From NCBI GenBank assembly GCA_963663405.2, contig CAXXSM010000163.1, positions 1 to 39,236 of the forward strand: a DNA stretch of 39,236 nt, in the 5' to 3' direction. The DNA comes from a bacterium (GTDB taxonomy: Bacteria > Hinthialibacterota > Hinthialibacteria > Hinthialibacterales > Hinthialibacteraceae). The notes beneath the pieces were generated by a model that did not search any database, was not told the origin of the DNA, and saw only the letters and a program-made list of their open reading frames with translations. Positions 29,781 to 39,236 of the stretch are shown piece after piece. A program made the translations under genes and the position numbers. Within the stretch, counting starts at the first letter, position 1. Every line of letters starts with the position of its first letter.

Positions 29781-30490
29781 CGGCGTCCTCCGTGTTTCCC
29801 GTTACTGCGGCTAAATGATTGTACCGCTCTCTCTGCCGCCGCTGGCATTCTTCCATTTCGCAGTGTATTGAAAGGATATTTTCTTTCAATAATTCCAAAC
29901 GTTCCATGATGGGATCGGGCAAGTTGACTTGATCCAAATCAATCCCTTTCGGGATTTTAAGCCCCTCCCGGATTACAATCCGGCCCGGGCACACCGACGA
30001 CGGTGCAGTTATCGGGAACATCTTTCAAGACGACAGACTGCGCGCCAATCTTGACATTGTCTCCAATTGTAATGTTGCCCAGGACTTTGGCTCCAGCGCT
30101 GACCATCACATTATTACCCAGGGTGGGATGCCTTTTACCCGCTTCTTTTCCCGTTCCACCAAGAGTTACGCCCTGAAAGAGGACACAGTTGTCTCCAACA
30201 ATGGCTGTCTCACCAATGACAACCCCCATGCCGTGATCGATGAATAAGCCCAGGCCGATTTTTGCGCCAGGATGAATCTCGATTCCTGTAAGGAACCGGC
30301 TGAATTGGGAGATGACACGGGGAAAGAAAGGAATGCGCAATACGGTATGAAGGAAATGAGCGATTCGATGAAAGATGACCGCATGAAAACCCGCATACGT
30401 GAAAAACACTTCCAATCCACCCACAAAACCACGGGCGGCGGGATCGTTTTCCAAGCAGGTCTTAAAATCAGCTGTGAATGTTTTGAACAT
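29773..30490 (-). CDS. cysE: Serine O-acetyltransferase (one frameshift near 29985)
   Basis: [47 protein letters not shown]. Removing one G on the coding strand at 29984-29986 continues GRIV...LPDPI to the stop at 29773. Confidence 0.93.
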
Positions 30491-30692
30491 CAGATTCTCT
30501 CCTAAATAAAGGATGAGATGACTAACCGGACGCTAGGCGGTTTACCTATATAGAATTATACTTCTTCCATAGCCATTCGTGTTAATCGGCTCCTTAATTC
30601 GATTATTTTTATGTAGAAACGGAGTATAAACACGGTTTTTGGCAAATAAAAAAATTCCACATGGATAGCGAGAATCAAGAAATCCAGTACGT

Positions 30693-31807
30693 ATGATCCC
30701 GAAAACAGTTTCACAATCAACTTTAACAGTGTCTTCCATTTTTGATTACAGTCCAGATCAATTAGGTGATTGGCTGCAAACAATTGGGCAGCCATCTTAC
30801 CGAAAACACCAGATTCTTCAATGGATCTATAAACGTGGCGTAGAAACGTTTGAAGAGATGACGGATCTCTCGCGTTCCTTGCGGGATAAGTTGCAAGAAG
30901 CGTTTTCGATGGAACTCCCTTCCATCATCGAGCGGCGGGAAGACAAAACTGACGGGACGGTGAAAATGCTCCTTCAGTTATCCGATGGTGAAGGCGTCGA
31001 GACGGTGCAAATGCCGCGATATACGGGGAAAATCCACATCCGCCCCGCCACTGGTAAAGTGGTGGGCTCTTCCGAAGCGCGAACTCACACACTCTGCCTG
31101 TCGACCCAGGCGGGATGCCTTTTCGCCTGCCGGTTTTGCGCGTCGGGGCGATTGGGATGGAAGCGGAATTTACGCAGTGGAGAGATCACCGCGCAGGTCC
31201 TATCGGCTATCCGTGAGGGGATCAATGTTTCCCATATCGTCTTCATGGGGATGGAGAGCCGCTGAATAATTTTGACGCGCTGCGTGACGCGATCACTATT
31301 CTTTGTCATAAAGACGGTCTAGGAATTTCCGCCCGCCATATAACAGTCTCGACCGTTGGGCTGGTTCCTGAGATTTACCGCATGGCGCTGGAGAATTGGA
31401 AGGTGAAACTGGCGGTCTCGCTTCACGCGGTCACGGATTCCAAGCGCGCGAATTGATTCCGTTGGCGCGTTCCTATCAGCTGGATCAATTAAAAGACGCT
31501 CTGCTCTTTTATCAGCGCCGTAATGGACGGCGTATTACGTTTGAATACCTGACGATCAATGGATTCAACGACCGTCCAACCGACGCCGAACGCCTGAAGG
31601 AATTATGCGAAGGGTTGCAGTGTCACATCAACTTGATTCCTTACAACAAAACACCGCAGGAATCCTATCAATCCACCTCCCCCTGCAAAAGTCGAACAAT
31701 TCCGGAAACGTCTGCGCGAACACCACCTCGACGTAACCACACGTCACAGCCGTGGACGCAACATCGAAGCCGCCTGCGGCCAACTACGGCTGCGTTGCAT
31801 GGAATGA
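30693..31807 (+). CDS. rlmN: 23S rRNA m2A2503 / tRNA radical-SAM methyltransferase (three apparent 1-bp indels)
   Basis: CLSTQAGCLFACRFC, VFMGM(G)EPL.N, ITVSTVG, LAVSLH, TFEY, INLIPYN, RG.NIEAACGQL across frames; indels near 31253, 31445 and 31679-31683; stop TGA 31805-31807. Confidence 0.92.
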
Positions 31808-31821
31808 AGGCGCTCGAATGA

Positions 31822-33750
31822 TTATAAAGCATTCCGGCGCGCTTCAGCTATTTTGTATGAGTTCCATGCTTTTTCCAAAACTGGTATTAGACGTGAACGC
31901 GCTGTTACAATCTTATTACTTATCCTTTTTAGATTGTTCGGACCTTGCTGTAACTTCGACAATAAATTTTTACGGCGAACTTCCAATTCTCGATTGAGTT
32001 CGTTGATTTCTCTCTGATCTATAGGTTCATTGGGATTAAATCGGAAATTCCGTTCATGATATTTTCGCCACTCAACAAGTTGAGATGTCAGAAAATCACC
32101 AAAGCCCGGTATCTGTATAATTTTTCGGTAGTCCACATCAGATGCAGTCTCAATTCCGTATGAAGACAGAATTGAAGTCCTTGTTGATCCGATGTTATCA
32201 ATGCTAGCCCGATCGATACGATAACGATCGAGATAGCGTTGACGCTGCAGGCTTTCGCGCTGGATTTCTAGTTTCTTTATGCGTCTTCTGCGTTCATTTG
32301 GTTGATCGACTAATTCGATCCGCGCCATATCCAAACTTTTATACTCTTCTGAGAAGGTGTTTCGGGATGCTTCTTGTTTCCATTTGCCCAGTGCAAAATC
32401 CCATTCGGCTTTTGCTGCGGAATACGCTTGATTAGCAGCCGAAAGTTCTTCAGACGATACTCGTGGCCAAACAGCGCAAGCTAGGCCATAGAGAATAAAT
32501 GCACCTAACAGTCCTCCGTCTTCTGCCAAAGAACTACAAGCGATAATCCCAGTTAAAACGAGACCTATACTGATAATCTTGCGAAAACCTTTTAGAGTTG
32601 TATCCGGAAGTTCGACATCGGACGGTAAACTCCATGGGCGTTCAGATGGTAGAGCAGGATCATCGCCAGGATCATTGACTGCTTTTATTGCACTCCACAG
32701 TACACCAACATCAATAGTTCCTGTCTGATCAGTGGTGGTTATACGTATTCCAAACAGGCGGACAGAAGTTTGATTTTCTAATACGCACCAAGGGCAAGAA
32801 TTAAGCTCTTGTGGGTACTGGTGAGAAACATTATCTGAGCATATATGAAGACTCTCTGCGAGTTCTCTAAGGACTCTAATCCAAATCTTAGGGCTTGGCC
32901 GTGCTTCCTCTGCTCCAAGCCTTCCGAAAGCAATTTCAAAATATCTTGATACTATCGATCCCATTGTATTGAGAGAAATAGTTCCGGGAGGCTGCTCCAT
33001 TCTATGTGTTGCCCGATCTGATCCATACGCAAACGATATTCAGTAATGGCCTTTTCGATCGGCATATCGCCATTACCTAAATAACGTCCAGCAAAGGGGA
33101 TGGCGCCCCATATAGAGAAGGTGAAATAACAGAACAGCTAGACCAAATCGATCATGATTTTGTTTTCGTTCAAAACCTTTAAAAGATTGACATTGGAGTT
33201 CTGGTGCAGTAAATAATGGAACTCCGACATCACAAGTGTAAACGTGATCTCCTGCATTGATCTGGAATGAATCGCAGTCGATTAGTATCACTGTACCATT
33301 GGGTGCGATTAAGAGATTTCCATGATTAACGTCACCAATTACGTGACCATGTTCGTGAACAACTGCGAATGCTCTTGCTATATTAGCGCCAACGTGGATT
33401 AAAAATCGAAAATCCGCTTCCGGAAAAGAATCCGCACGGCTTTTGGGGCTATAAAGTTCATGAATATCTCTGCGCGCATTTACACGTGGCATTATAAAAC
33501 CACGGATAGCACTATTTTTATCTGTTAAAAGATCCATTGGCCAAGCTGCGATCTTTAAAAGACTTGATGTAGCATAATCGGTCATTACTCTTAGTTTGTG
33601 AATTTTTTGTTCATCAGGAGGACGGTTGTATATCTTTGCAACTTGCTCACTTTGACCTACAATTTCAAAGACATTGCCTTCTCCTCCTCGGCCAAGTTCA
33701 TTACCGAGACGGACGTAATTGCCTCTTTTAACTAACGCATACTGTTTCAT
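31822..33750 (-). CDS. TerY-P triad Ser/Thr kinase with Zn-ribbon, TM segments and helix-hairpin-helix (YegI-like); two compensating frameshifts
   Basis: LGRGGEG.V, VAKIY, IGDVNHGN, LIDCDSFQ, APE, D.FGLAVL.F.LL..GRHP; C.....H.Y......CPWC; IPGFG HhH. ORFs 33073..33750 and 31822..33000 share a frame and are bridged (PFAGRYLGNGDMPIEKAI) by a +1/-1 indel pair. Confidence 0.88.
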
Positions 33751-34511
33751 TGAAAATCTTGATGCTCACGACATGTAGCAAGTATCAAAGATACATCGTC
33801 GTCGGTCCGAGATTGAATACGCTCGGAAGTCAAAAACTGTTTAAGAGAGGTCGAAAGCGTAGAAATCTTTCCGCTACCTTCAGTCTTCAAAAGTGGTTGG
33901 AAAATGCCCTTAAAAAAGGGATTATAAACAGTTTTATCTGAATAATTTAAGGCTAAATGTTCGAGACCATCACTCATAAGCGCGACATCGGTCACAGGAT
34001 TTACTATCTTATCTATTACTAAATTGTCGAGAGCACCTTCATCCGTTAGAAAATACGTAGTGTTGGCGTATTCACCTCGTTGTGGCCAAAACACCCATTT
34101 CCAATCATCAATACCTTCACTGACTACAATGACACCATCGCCTATCTGCATAAATCCACCATCATTTGGAGTAAGAATTACCGCGAGAAGTGTTGAAGCA
34201 TAGTCTTGTAGCGCGATTGTTTTGCTATCTGCCTCAGCTTTGATTTTCTTCCGTGCCAGATCCGCAGCTTCACGAAGAATAGACTCTATTTCTGTACGTT
34301 TTTCTAAAAGACCTATTTTTAGATATGCGAATACTGTATCAACGACAATCTCTGCGCCCCGTCTAGCCATGGAGGCTGAGCCTGCGCCATCCGCAATCAC
34401 AGCGATTAAAGAACCATTCTCAAATGCCTCGCAGGCGAGCCAATCTTGACATGGTTGATTCGTTTTGAGGTGTGATCCTCCTGTTGTACTAGCTGCTATA
34501 AACCGCCACAT
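33747..34511 (-). CDS. TerY-P triad PP2C-family phosphatase (YegK-like)
   Basis: G.SH.....PCQD, IADGAGSA, STLL, IGDG, GEYANTT.F, MSDG, TDDDVSL; ATGA overlap with the kinase. Confidence 0.9.
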   Translation of the reverse strand: MWRFIAASTTGGSHLKTNQPCQDWLACEAFENGSLIAVIADGAGSASMARRGAEIVVDTVFAYLKIGLLEKRTEIESILREAADLARKKIKAEADSKTIALQDYASTLLAVILTPNDGGFMQIGDGVIVVSEGIDDWKWVFWPQRGEYANTTYFLTDEGALDNLVIDKIVNPVTDVALMSDGLEHLALNYSDKTVYNPFFKGIFQPLLKTEGSGKISTLSTSLKQFLTSERIQSRTDDDVSLILATCREHQDFQ

Positions 34512-34514
34512 AAT

Positions 34515-35192
34515 TTAATCAGCAACCACCCAACCGTCTGGTGCAGCGGGATTTTCCAAAGGAACCGCCTCACCAGGCTGTGATCTCGAGACACTGCCAA
34601 GTGAGTTGGAGAGCCAGACGAATAATTCTCGAAATAACAACTCACGGAGTTTTACTGGCTTTCGAACCGAGATATGTTTAAGTTTGTCCATGTCAGCATC
34701 TTCAACACCAACAGCATAAAACATAAATGACTTTGAATCTTCACCTTCTTGAATCGCCATTGTCGCTGCGCTGGTATCGTCCGTTGGAGCGCCATCTGTG
34801 ATTAGAAATATCCAGGGTCGGTAATATCCAATACCATTGGCTCTATAAACAGACTTTCGACTAGTTACGATTGAAACTGCTTCCATAATTGCAGAACCCA
34901 TCGGTGTATTACCACCAACCACAAGGGCAGGCGCCTCAAAATCATCCGCAGTCACAAAATCTTGGACGGTTTGAACTGGGCCAAAAGTAATAATTGCGAC
35001 TTCTACACGCTTTGCAGCCATAGCATCGGAGTGAATTTCTTGGGCGAAAGTCTTAAGTCCTTCGTTTAATTCATTGATCTTCTTACCGCTCATTGAGTAC
35101 GAAGTATCAAGAAGAAGAACGCAAGGGCATCGTGGTTCTGGATTATCAGCAAATTCAACTCCTTCAAATGGTACTTGATCGAGTTCTGACAT
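34515..35192 (-). CDS. terY: TerY-family vWA domain protein (YegL-like)
   Basis: [18 protein letters not shown] (MIDAS DxSxS), [31 protein letters not shown]. Start placed at ATG 35192, 7 nt after AAGGAGG. Confidence 0.9.
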   Translation of the reverse strand: MSELDQVPFEGVEFADNPEPRCPCVLLLDTSYSMSGKKINELNEGLKTFAQEIHSDAMAAKRVEVAIITFGPVQTVQDFVTADDFEAPALVVGGNTPMGSAIMEAVSIVTSRKSVYRANGIGYYRPWIFLITDGAPTDDTSAATMAIQEGEDSKSFMFYAVGVEDADMDKLKHISVRKPVKLRELLFRELFVWLSNSLGSVSRSQPGEAVPLENPAAPDGWVVAD

Positions 35193-35361
35193 CATCATAC
35201 CTCCTTGACTGATAGTTATGACAGTCTTGCGCACATTATAATCCAACAGCAGAGAGGATATAGGCAGACAGTTCACAATACCAGCTATTGCTTCATTTTC
35301 TAGATAACTCACGATGGCCGCTATCAATAATCATTCTAATTTCAATCCTAAGTCTTCACGG

Positions 35362-35391
35362 TTGCGCCAAACCTTACCTGTATGCTATGAT
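35362..35391 (+). promoter_or_regulatory. Candidate sigma70 promoter (extended -10)
   Basis: TTGCGC-N18-TATGAT with TGn extension (TGCTATGAT), about 45 bp upstream of ORF 35435. Confidence 0.4.
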
Positions 35392-35434
35392 CAAATCTGT
35401 TTGATCAGCCAATTTTTTCGTTGGGAGAGAAAAG

Positions 35435-36724
35435 ATGATGAGAAAAATAGGCGTACTAGCGATCGTGTTACCTTTTGTCCTTATTTCAGTATCCCTTGAT
35501 GGCTACACGAAAGGGATCATGGCTGGATTCGCGAAGGTGGATATCACCGCGCCGACGGGGGGGATTAATATGGGGTATTCGTCGGCGAAACCGACGGATG
35601 GCGTTCACGATCCGGTGTTTGCGAAAGTGTTGATTCTTCAGTCAACCGATACGACAGCCGCTCTTGTTTCATGGGATGTTTGTGAATTTCAATCGCCGTG
35701 GCTGCGGGACCAGATGGAAGCTGTCGGCGTCGATCATCTCTTGATGCTGAGCACTCACACCCATGCGTCGCAGAATTTAAATCAAAAAGATTTTCCTTCC
35801 GAGGATACACCTTGGCGGCGCACCGTCGAAGAGCGTATTCTTGAGACCATTATAAAAGCGAAACAAGATTTATTCCCCGCATACATCGCCGCTGGACAAG
35901 GAAGCATTCAGCTGGGATACAATCGTCTCGTGCGGCAGCCGGAAGGTCACGCCATCACGCATTTCGAGAATCCCGAACGAATTCCCTATGGGCCGGTCGA
36001 TCCAACCGTCAGCGTTCTTCGTATTACCGATGACACCGGCGCGGTCCGGGTGATTCTCGTTCAATACGCCTGTCACCCGGTTGTGCTGGGGCCAAGAAAT
36101 CGAAAGATTTCCGCCGATTATCCAGGCGTCATGTGCCGGGAAGTGGAACAACACATCGGAGGAGACGCGCAGTGTATGTTTGTACAAGGCGGCGCGGGGG
36201 ATATCAATCCACTCTTTCTCGCTAGAACAGGCGATCCGGAACTCGATTTTCCCATCGTTGAAACGATGGGCAAACTCCTAGCGGAGGAAGTGAACAAAAC
36301 ATTTGACCGCATGAAATCAATCCAAGGCAAGTCCGACCAATTCGCATGCGCCTCAAAGGTAATTACCGTCGATCACCGATGGGAAAGCGATAAAACGATG
36401 CAGCTGGGTGTAACATCTATATTAATCAATGATGATATCGGGATTATTACTATGCCCGGCGAGCCGTTTGTCGATTTTCAGTTTCAGATTCGGGAACGGT
36501 CGACGTTGCCCTTTACACTTTTGTTCGGGTATTGTGATGAATCATATCAGGATTGGCCCTGGTATATTCCCGATCTTGAATCCGCCGCCCGTGGTGGATA
36601 TGGAGCAAGCGATACGACACTGCCGGAAGTGGGCGCGGGAGAACATCTGGTGAACCAGGGATTAGCGCAGCTCTACAAAATGCAGGGCTTGTTGAAATCC
36701 AAGCCTCAACGACATATCCGGTAA
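35435..36724 (+). CDS. Neutral/alkaline ceramidase-like secreted metallohydrolase
   Basis: Signal peptide; AG.AKVDIT, GVHDP, STHTH, NR, YACHP, SADYPG, F.QG.AGDINP, PGEPF. Confidence 0.8.
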   Translation: MMRKIGVLAIVLPFVLISVSLDGYTKGIMAGFAKVDITAPTGGINMGYSSAKPTDGVHDPVFAKVLILQSTDTTAALVSWDVCEFQSPWLRDQMEAVGVDHLLMLSTHTHASQNLNQKDFPSEDTPWRRTVEERILETIIKAKQDLFPAYIAAGQGSIQLGYNRLVRQPEGHAITHFENPERIPYGPVDPTVSVLRITDDTGAVRVILVQYACHPVVLGPRNRKISADYPGVMCREVEQHIGGDAQCMFVQGGAGDINPLFLARTGDPELDFPIVETMGKLLAEEVNKTFDRMKSIQGKSDQFACASKVITVDHRWESDKTMQLGVTSILINDDIGIITMPGEPFVDFQFQIRERSTLPFTLLFGYCDESYQDWPWYIPDLESAARGGYGASDTTLPEVGAGEHLVNQGLAQLYKMQGLLKSKPQRHIR

Positions 36725-36756
36725 TTAATCACATACGGGATTTATCACAGGGAAGA

Positions 36757-38499
36757 CTAGTTTTTCTTCTCTGTGGATGGATCGTCGAGGAATTTCAGCG
36801 CGCGTTCGAACCAGCTGATATCGGGCGCTTCATGTCCCATGTTGGGGACTTGGAGATAGATTACGTTCTTTAAGATTTTGCTATAGCTCCTCCTATAGTA
36901 CGTGTACATTTCCTCCCGATTCGCGTCATAATCTCCTGTAAGTAACACATATCGTCCATGATTCGCCGCCCAGTTAAGAATGTTTGGAAACGGTTTTTTT
37001 AAACGTGGCGGGCCAGCGGTAACCGGGTTACTCGGTTTGGACATCGAACTCCAATAATTCGCTCCGATGATAAATAATCCACCCGCCCATACGTCTGGAT
37101 GATGAAACGCCGTCATACTGGAAACCCGCCCTCCGCCAGAGACACCAAATACATAGATCCGGTTTGAATCGATATTGTACAATGTCCGCATGTTGTAAGC
37201 CGCATCGAGCGCCAAGGGGATCCGCCGCAGGAAAACTTCCTCTTGGTTGCCGGATTTATCAGCGCCGGCGACGACGAATTTCATTTTTTCGATCAAGGAT
37301 TTAAAGCCTTCCAGTGGAATATCGGCTGTTTTCCCCGGCGAGATATTTACGAGCAGGCCGTAGGGGTTTTGTGGATTGTATGAATCCGGAACATAGACTT
37401 TGAAACTCTCTTCTTTGATATTGTAGTAATGACCACCGTTTTCTCTTGGGCCCAATTTCAACTGCATCCGATCTGAAAGCGCGCGAAGATTTGAAAAAGG
37501 GCTATTTAGGACGAATTGCGCGCGGAATTCTCCTGTTTTATCGGCCAGCGCCGCGCATTCACTCGCGGGGATTTCCCGCATCACCTCTTCCATCGAGGCC
37601 GGCGCGAAAGGTTCGCTGATACTGCATTTTCGCTGCCAGAGGAATTGATGAACTAAAAAGAGAGACGCGCTGTAAAAAGGTTCATTTTTGAAAAATCCAA
37701 AGCCCACATTGTTCGCCGCGTAAAGAGTCGCCGGAACGCCCAATCGATTGGCTCGCGCTACATAAACTTGTCCTTGAACCAATAAGGGATCTTTTGTCCC
37801 ATAGAGAAGCAATGTGGGCGCCGTATCCGTGGATAGATTTAAGTTGGGAGAAAGCAAACGGGCGGTTTCCGGAGAACCAGTAGTGCGGATTAAGTCTGCT
37901 GTTGATAGATTGAGAACGGGATTAAAGAGGATAAGTAAATTCGGTTTTGATGAAAAGGTATGATTCTCGCTTTTCGCTTCGCAACCTTCCACCGTTGACG
38001 CGCAAGCGGCGAGATGTCCTCCCGCTCCCTCTCCGGCGGCGGCGATACGATCCGGATCGATTCCGAGTTTCTTGGTGTTCTCCCGCAGCCACCGAACCGC
38101 GCTTTTCGCGTCTTCGACACATTTCTCCAATGGAACGACGGTTCCCTTCTTAGCTCGATAATCCGCCCGCGCGGCCACCATACCGCGCTGGGCCAAGTAT
38201 TGCGCCTGATAGAGAAATGGATCAAGCGAGGTTTTTGGTCTTTTGTCTTCACAAAAATAAAGGATAACAGACCGGGTGTCATCTTTCGTCCATTCGGGTG
38301 GATAGTGGATGTAGATAGACAGATTTCCTTGTGGAGTGAATTTGTAAGTAAATTCCTCTACGCTTTTGGCGTTTTCTTTATTCTCCAGACCCAATGGGAT
38401 TTGCGCACATGCGCTGCGGATGAATAGAAACACGATGAAAGAGAGTAGAATGCGGAGGCTGTAATAGGTGCTATTTCCCGTTCGCAGGATGGTCATCAT
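36757..38499 (-). CDS. Secreted tandem alpha/beta-hydrolase (degenerate esterase domain plus intact esterase/depolymerase-like domain)
   Basis: Domain 1: ADYR...CVEDAKSAVRWLR....LGIDPDRIAAAGEGAGGHLA. Domain 2: VYVP, IDSNRIYVFGVSGGG, GDYD, MGH. Confidence 0.8.
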   Translation of the reverse strand: MMTILRTGNSTYYSLRILLSFIVFLFIRSACAQIPLGLENKENAKSVEEFTYKFTPQGNLSIYIHYPPEWTKDDTRSVILYFCEDKRPKTSLDPFLYQAQYLAQRGMVAARADYRAKKGTVVPLEKCVEDAKSAVRWLRENTKKLGIDPDRIAAAGEGAGGHLAACASTVEGCEAKSENHTFSSKPNLLILFNPVLNLSTADLIRTTGSPETARLLSPNLNLSTDTAPTLLLYGTKDPLLVQGQVYVARANRLGVPATLYAANNVGFGFFKNEPFYSASLFLVHQFLWQRKCSISEPFAPASMEEVMREIPASECAALADKTGEFRAQFVLNSPFSNLRALSDRMQLKLGPRENGGHYYNIKEESFKVYVPDSYNPQNPYGLLVNISPGKTADIPLEGFKSLIEKMKFVVAGADKSGNQEEVFLRRIPLALDAAYNMRTLYNIDSNRIYVFGVSGGGRVSSMTAFHHPDVWAGGLFIIGANYWSSMSKPSNPVTAGPPRLKKPFPNILNWAANHGRYVLLTGDYDANREEMYTYYRRSYSKILKNVIYLQVPNMGHEAPDISWFERALKFLDDPSTEKKN

Positions 38500-38736
38500 G
38501 GCAAACGCGCCTTTCCCCAGAATTGTGACATGATTTTATTATTACAAAAACAATGCATTAGATCCCATTGAATATAATGGTAGTCTTTTTACTGTCGTAG
38601 TGTCAAATTAATGGATTATTATATGGAATTGGAATGTTGGTTTTGGGATAGAGTAATTTGTGCGGATGTATCCAGAATCATGCTGATTGACTTCGTCAAA
38701 TTCATGATGCTCCTTTCGGATTAAACAGACTGAAAT

Positions 38737-39234
38737 CTACCACCCATTATATTCATGAACGGCGCCGATCATGGCGATGATGTTTTTAACGGGGGTTTTC
38801 GCTTGGATGTTGTGGACGGGATTAAATACGAAGCCGCCGTTTTTTGAAAAAATCTCGCAGCGTTGGAGAACTTCATCACACACTTCTTCCGGTTTGCCGA
38901 ATGGGAGAGTTCGTTGTGTGTCTACGCCGCCTCCCCAAAATGCGATCCGGTCTCCGTATTTCTCTTTTAAACCTTTAGGTTCCATGTTGGCGGCGGAGCA
39001 CTGCACGGGATTGAAGATATCGAATCCGCAATCAATAAAATCATCTAGAAAATTTTCCACGGAACCGCAGGAATGTTTAAACGTCTTCCAACTCGTATTC
39101 ATATGAATCCAGTCATTGACCTGTTTATAATATGGTTTATATAAATCACGGAATGTATCCACCGAACAGAAGGCGGATGACTGCGTGCCGAAATCCGTTC
39201 CACAGATGTAAGCGATATCCACAAGCGAACCAAC
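38737..39234 (-). CDS. UroD/MetE-like (methyltransferase) family protein, C-terminal part, truncated by the window edge
   Basis: DFGTQ, FKHSCG, G.DIFNPVQ, LKEKYG, FWGGGVDTQ.TLPFG.PEEV, GGFVFN.VHNIQ; frame open to the window end. Confidence 0.85.
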   Translation of the reverse strand, partial: VGSLVDIAYICGTDFGTQSSAFCSVDTFRDLYKPYYKQVNDWIHMNTSWKTFKHSCGSVENFLDDFIDCGFDIFNPVQCSAANMEPKGLKEKYGDRIAFWGGGVDTQRTLPFGKPEEVCDEVLQRCEIFSKNGGFVFNPVHNIQAKTPVKNIIAMIGAVHEYNGW

Positions 39235-39236
39235 CA

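Noticed and set aside
30693-31807. Cfr resistance methyltransferase or a RiPP radical-SAM maturase for the repeat protein
   Set aside because: Motifs and housekeeping context fit RlmN; there is no SPASM domain and it lies 15 kb from the repeat gene.
35193-35327. N-terminal extensions given by the ORF track for TerY (also 14352, 15513, 9834, 28295 starts)
   Set aside because: Downstream ATGs have clear Shine-Dalgarno sequences and give family-typical or signal-peptide N-termini; the 14352 start overlaps the sigma54 -24 element.

Overview
Bacterial chromosomal segment of moderate GC, probably from a long-read or homopolymer-error-prone assembly: at least six genes are split by 1-bp indels. From left to right: (1) the end of a probable genomic island carrying a FokI-like PD-(D/E)xK nuclease gene, bounded by tRNA-Arg(TCG); (2) a carbohydrate-utilisation cluster (GH2 beta-galactosidase, DUF6807/PmoA-like protein, an 800-aa secreted orphan, GH16 glucanase, FtsX/LolD-type ABC pair, heparinase II/III-like lyase); (3) a 220-bp MITE-like element with perfect 24-bp terminal inverted repeats; (4) the most striking locus, a sigma54-dependent two-component system (sensor kinase plus NtrC-family activator) flanked by two predicted exported targets, a protein of ten 25-aa cationic Gly/Arg/Met/Cys repeats and a DUF2202 ferritin-like protein. 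Their upstream regions share a near-identical layout: two TTCGAC-N6-GTCGAA-like boxes, an IHF-like box and a -24/-12 element, at spacings conserved to within 1 bp; (5) a secreted acidic protein with three apparently circularly permuted beta-sandwich repeats and a TPR/FG-GAP/ASPIC-UnbV protein; (6) housekeeping genes rsmD, rdgB, galU, a DnaD-like/DnaC-like pair, cysE and rlmN; (7) an AT-richer TerY-P (vWA-PP2C-kinase) defence triad; (8) a ceramidase-like protein, a double alpha/beta-hydrolase whose first domain looks catalytically dead, and a truncated UroD/MetE-like gene. All family assignments come from motif recognition by eye; no database search was run.
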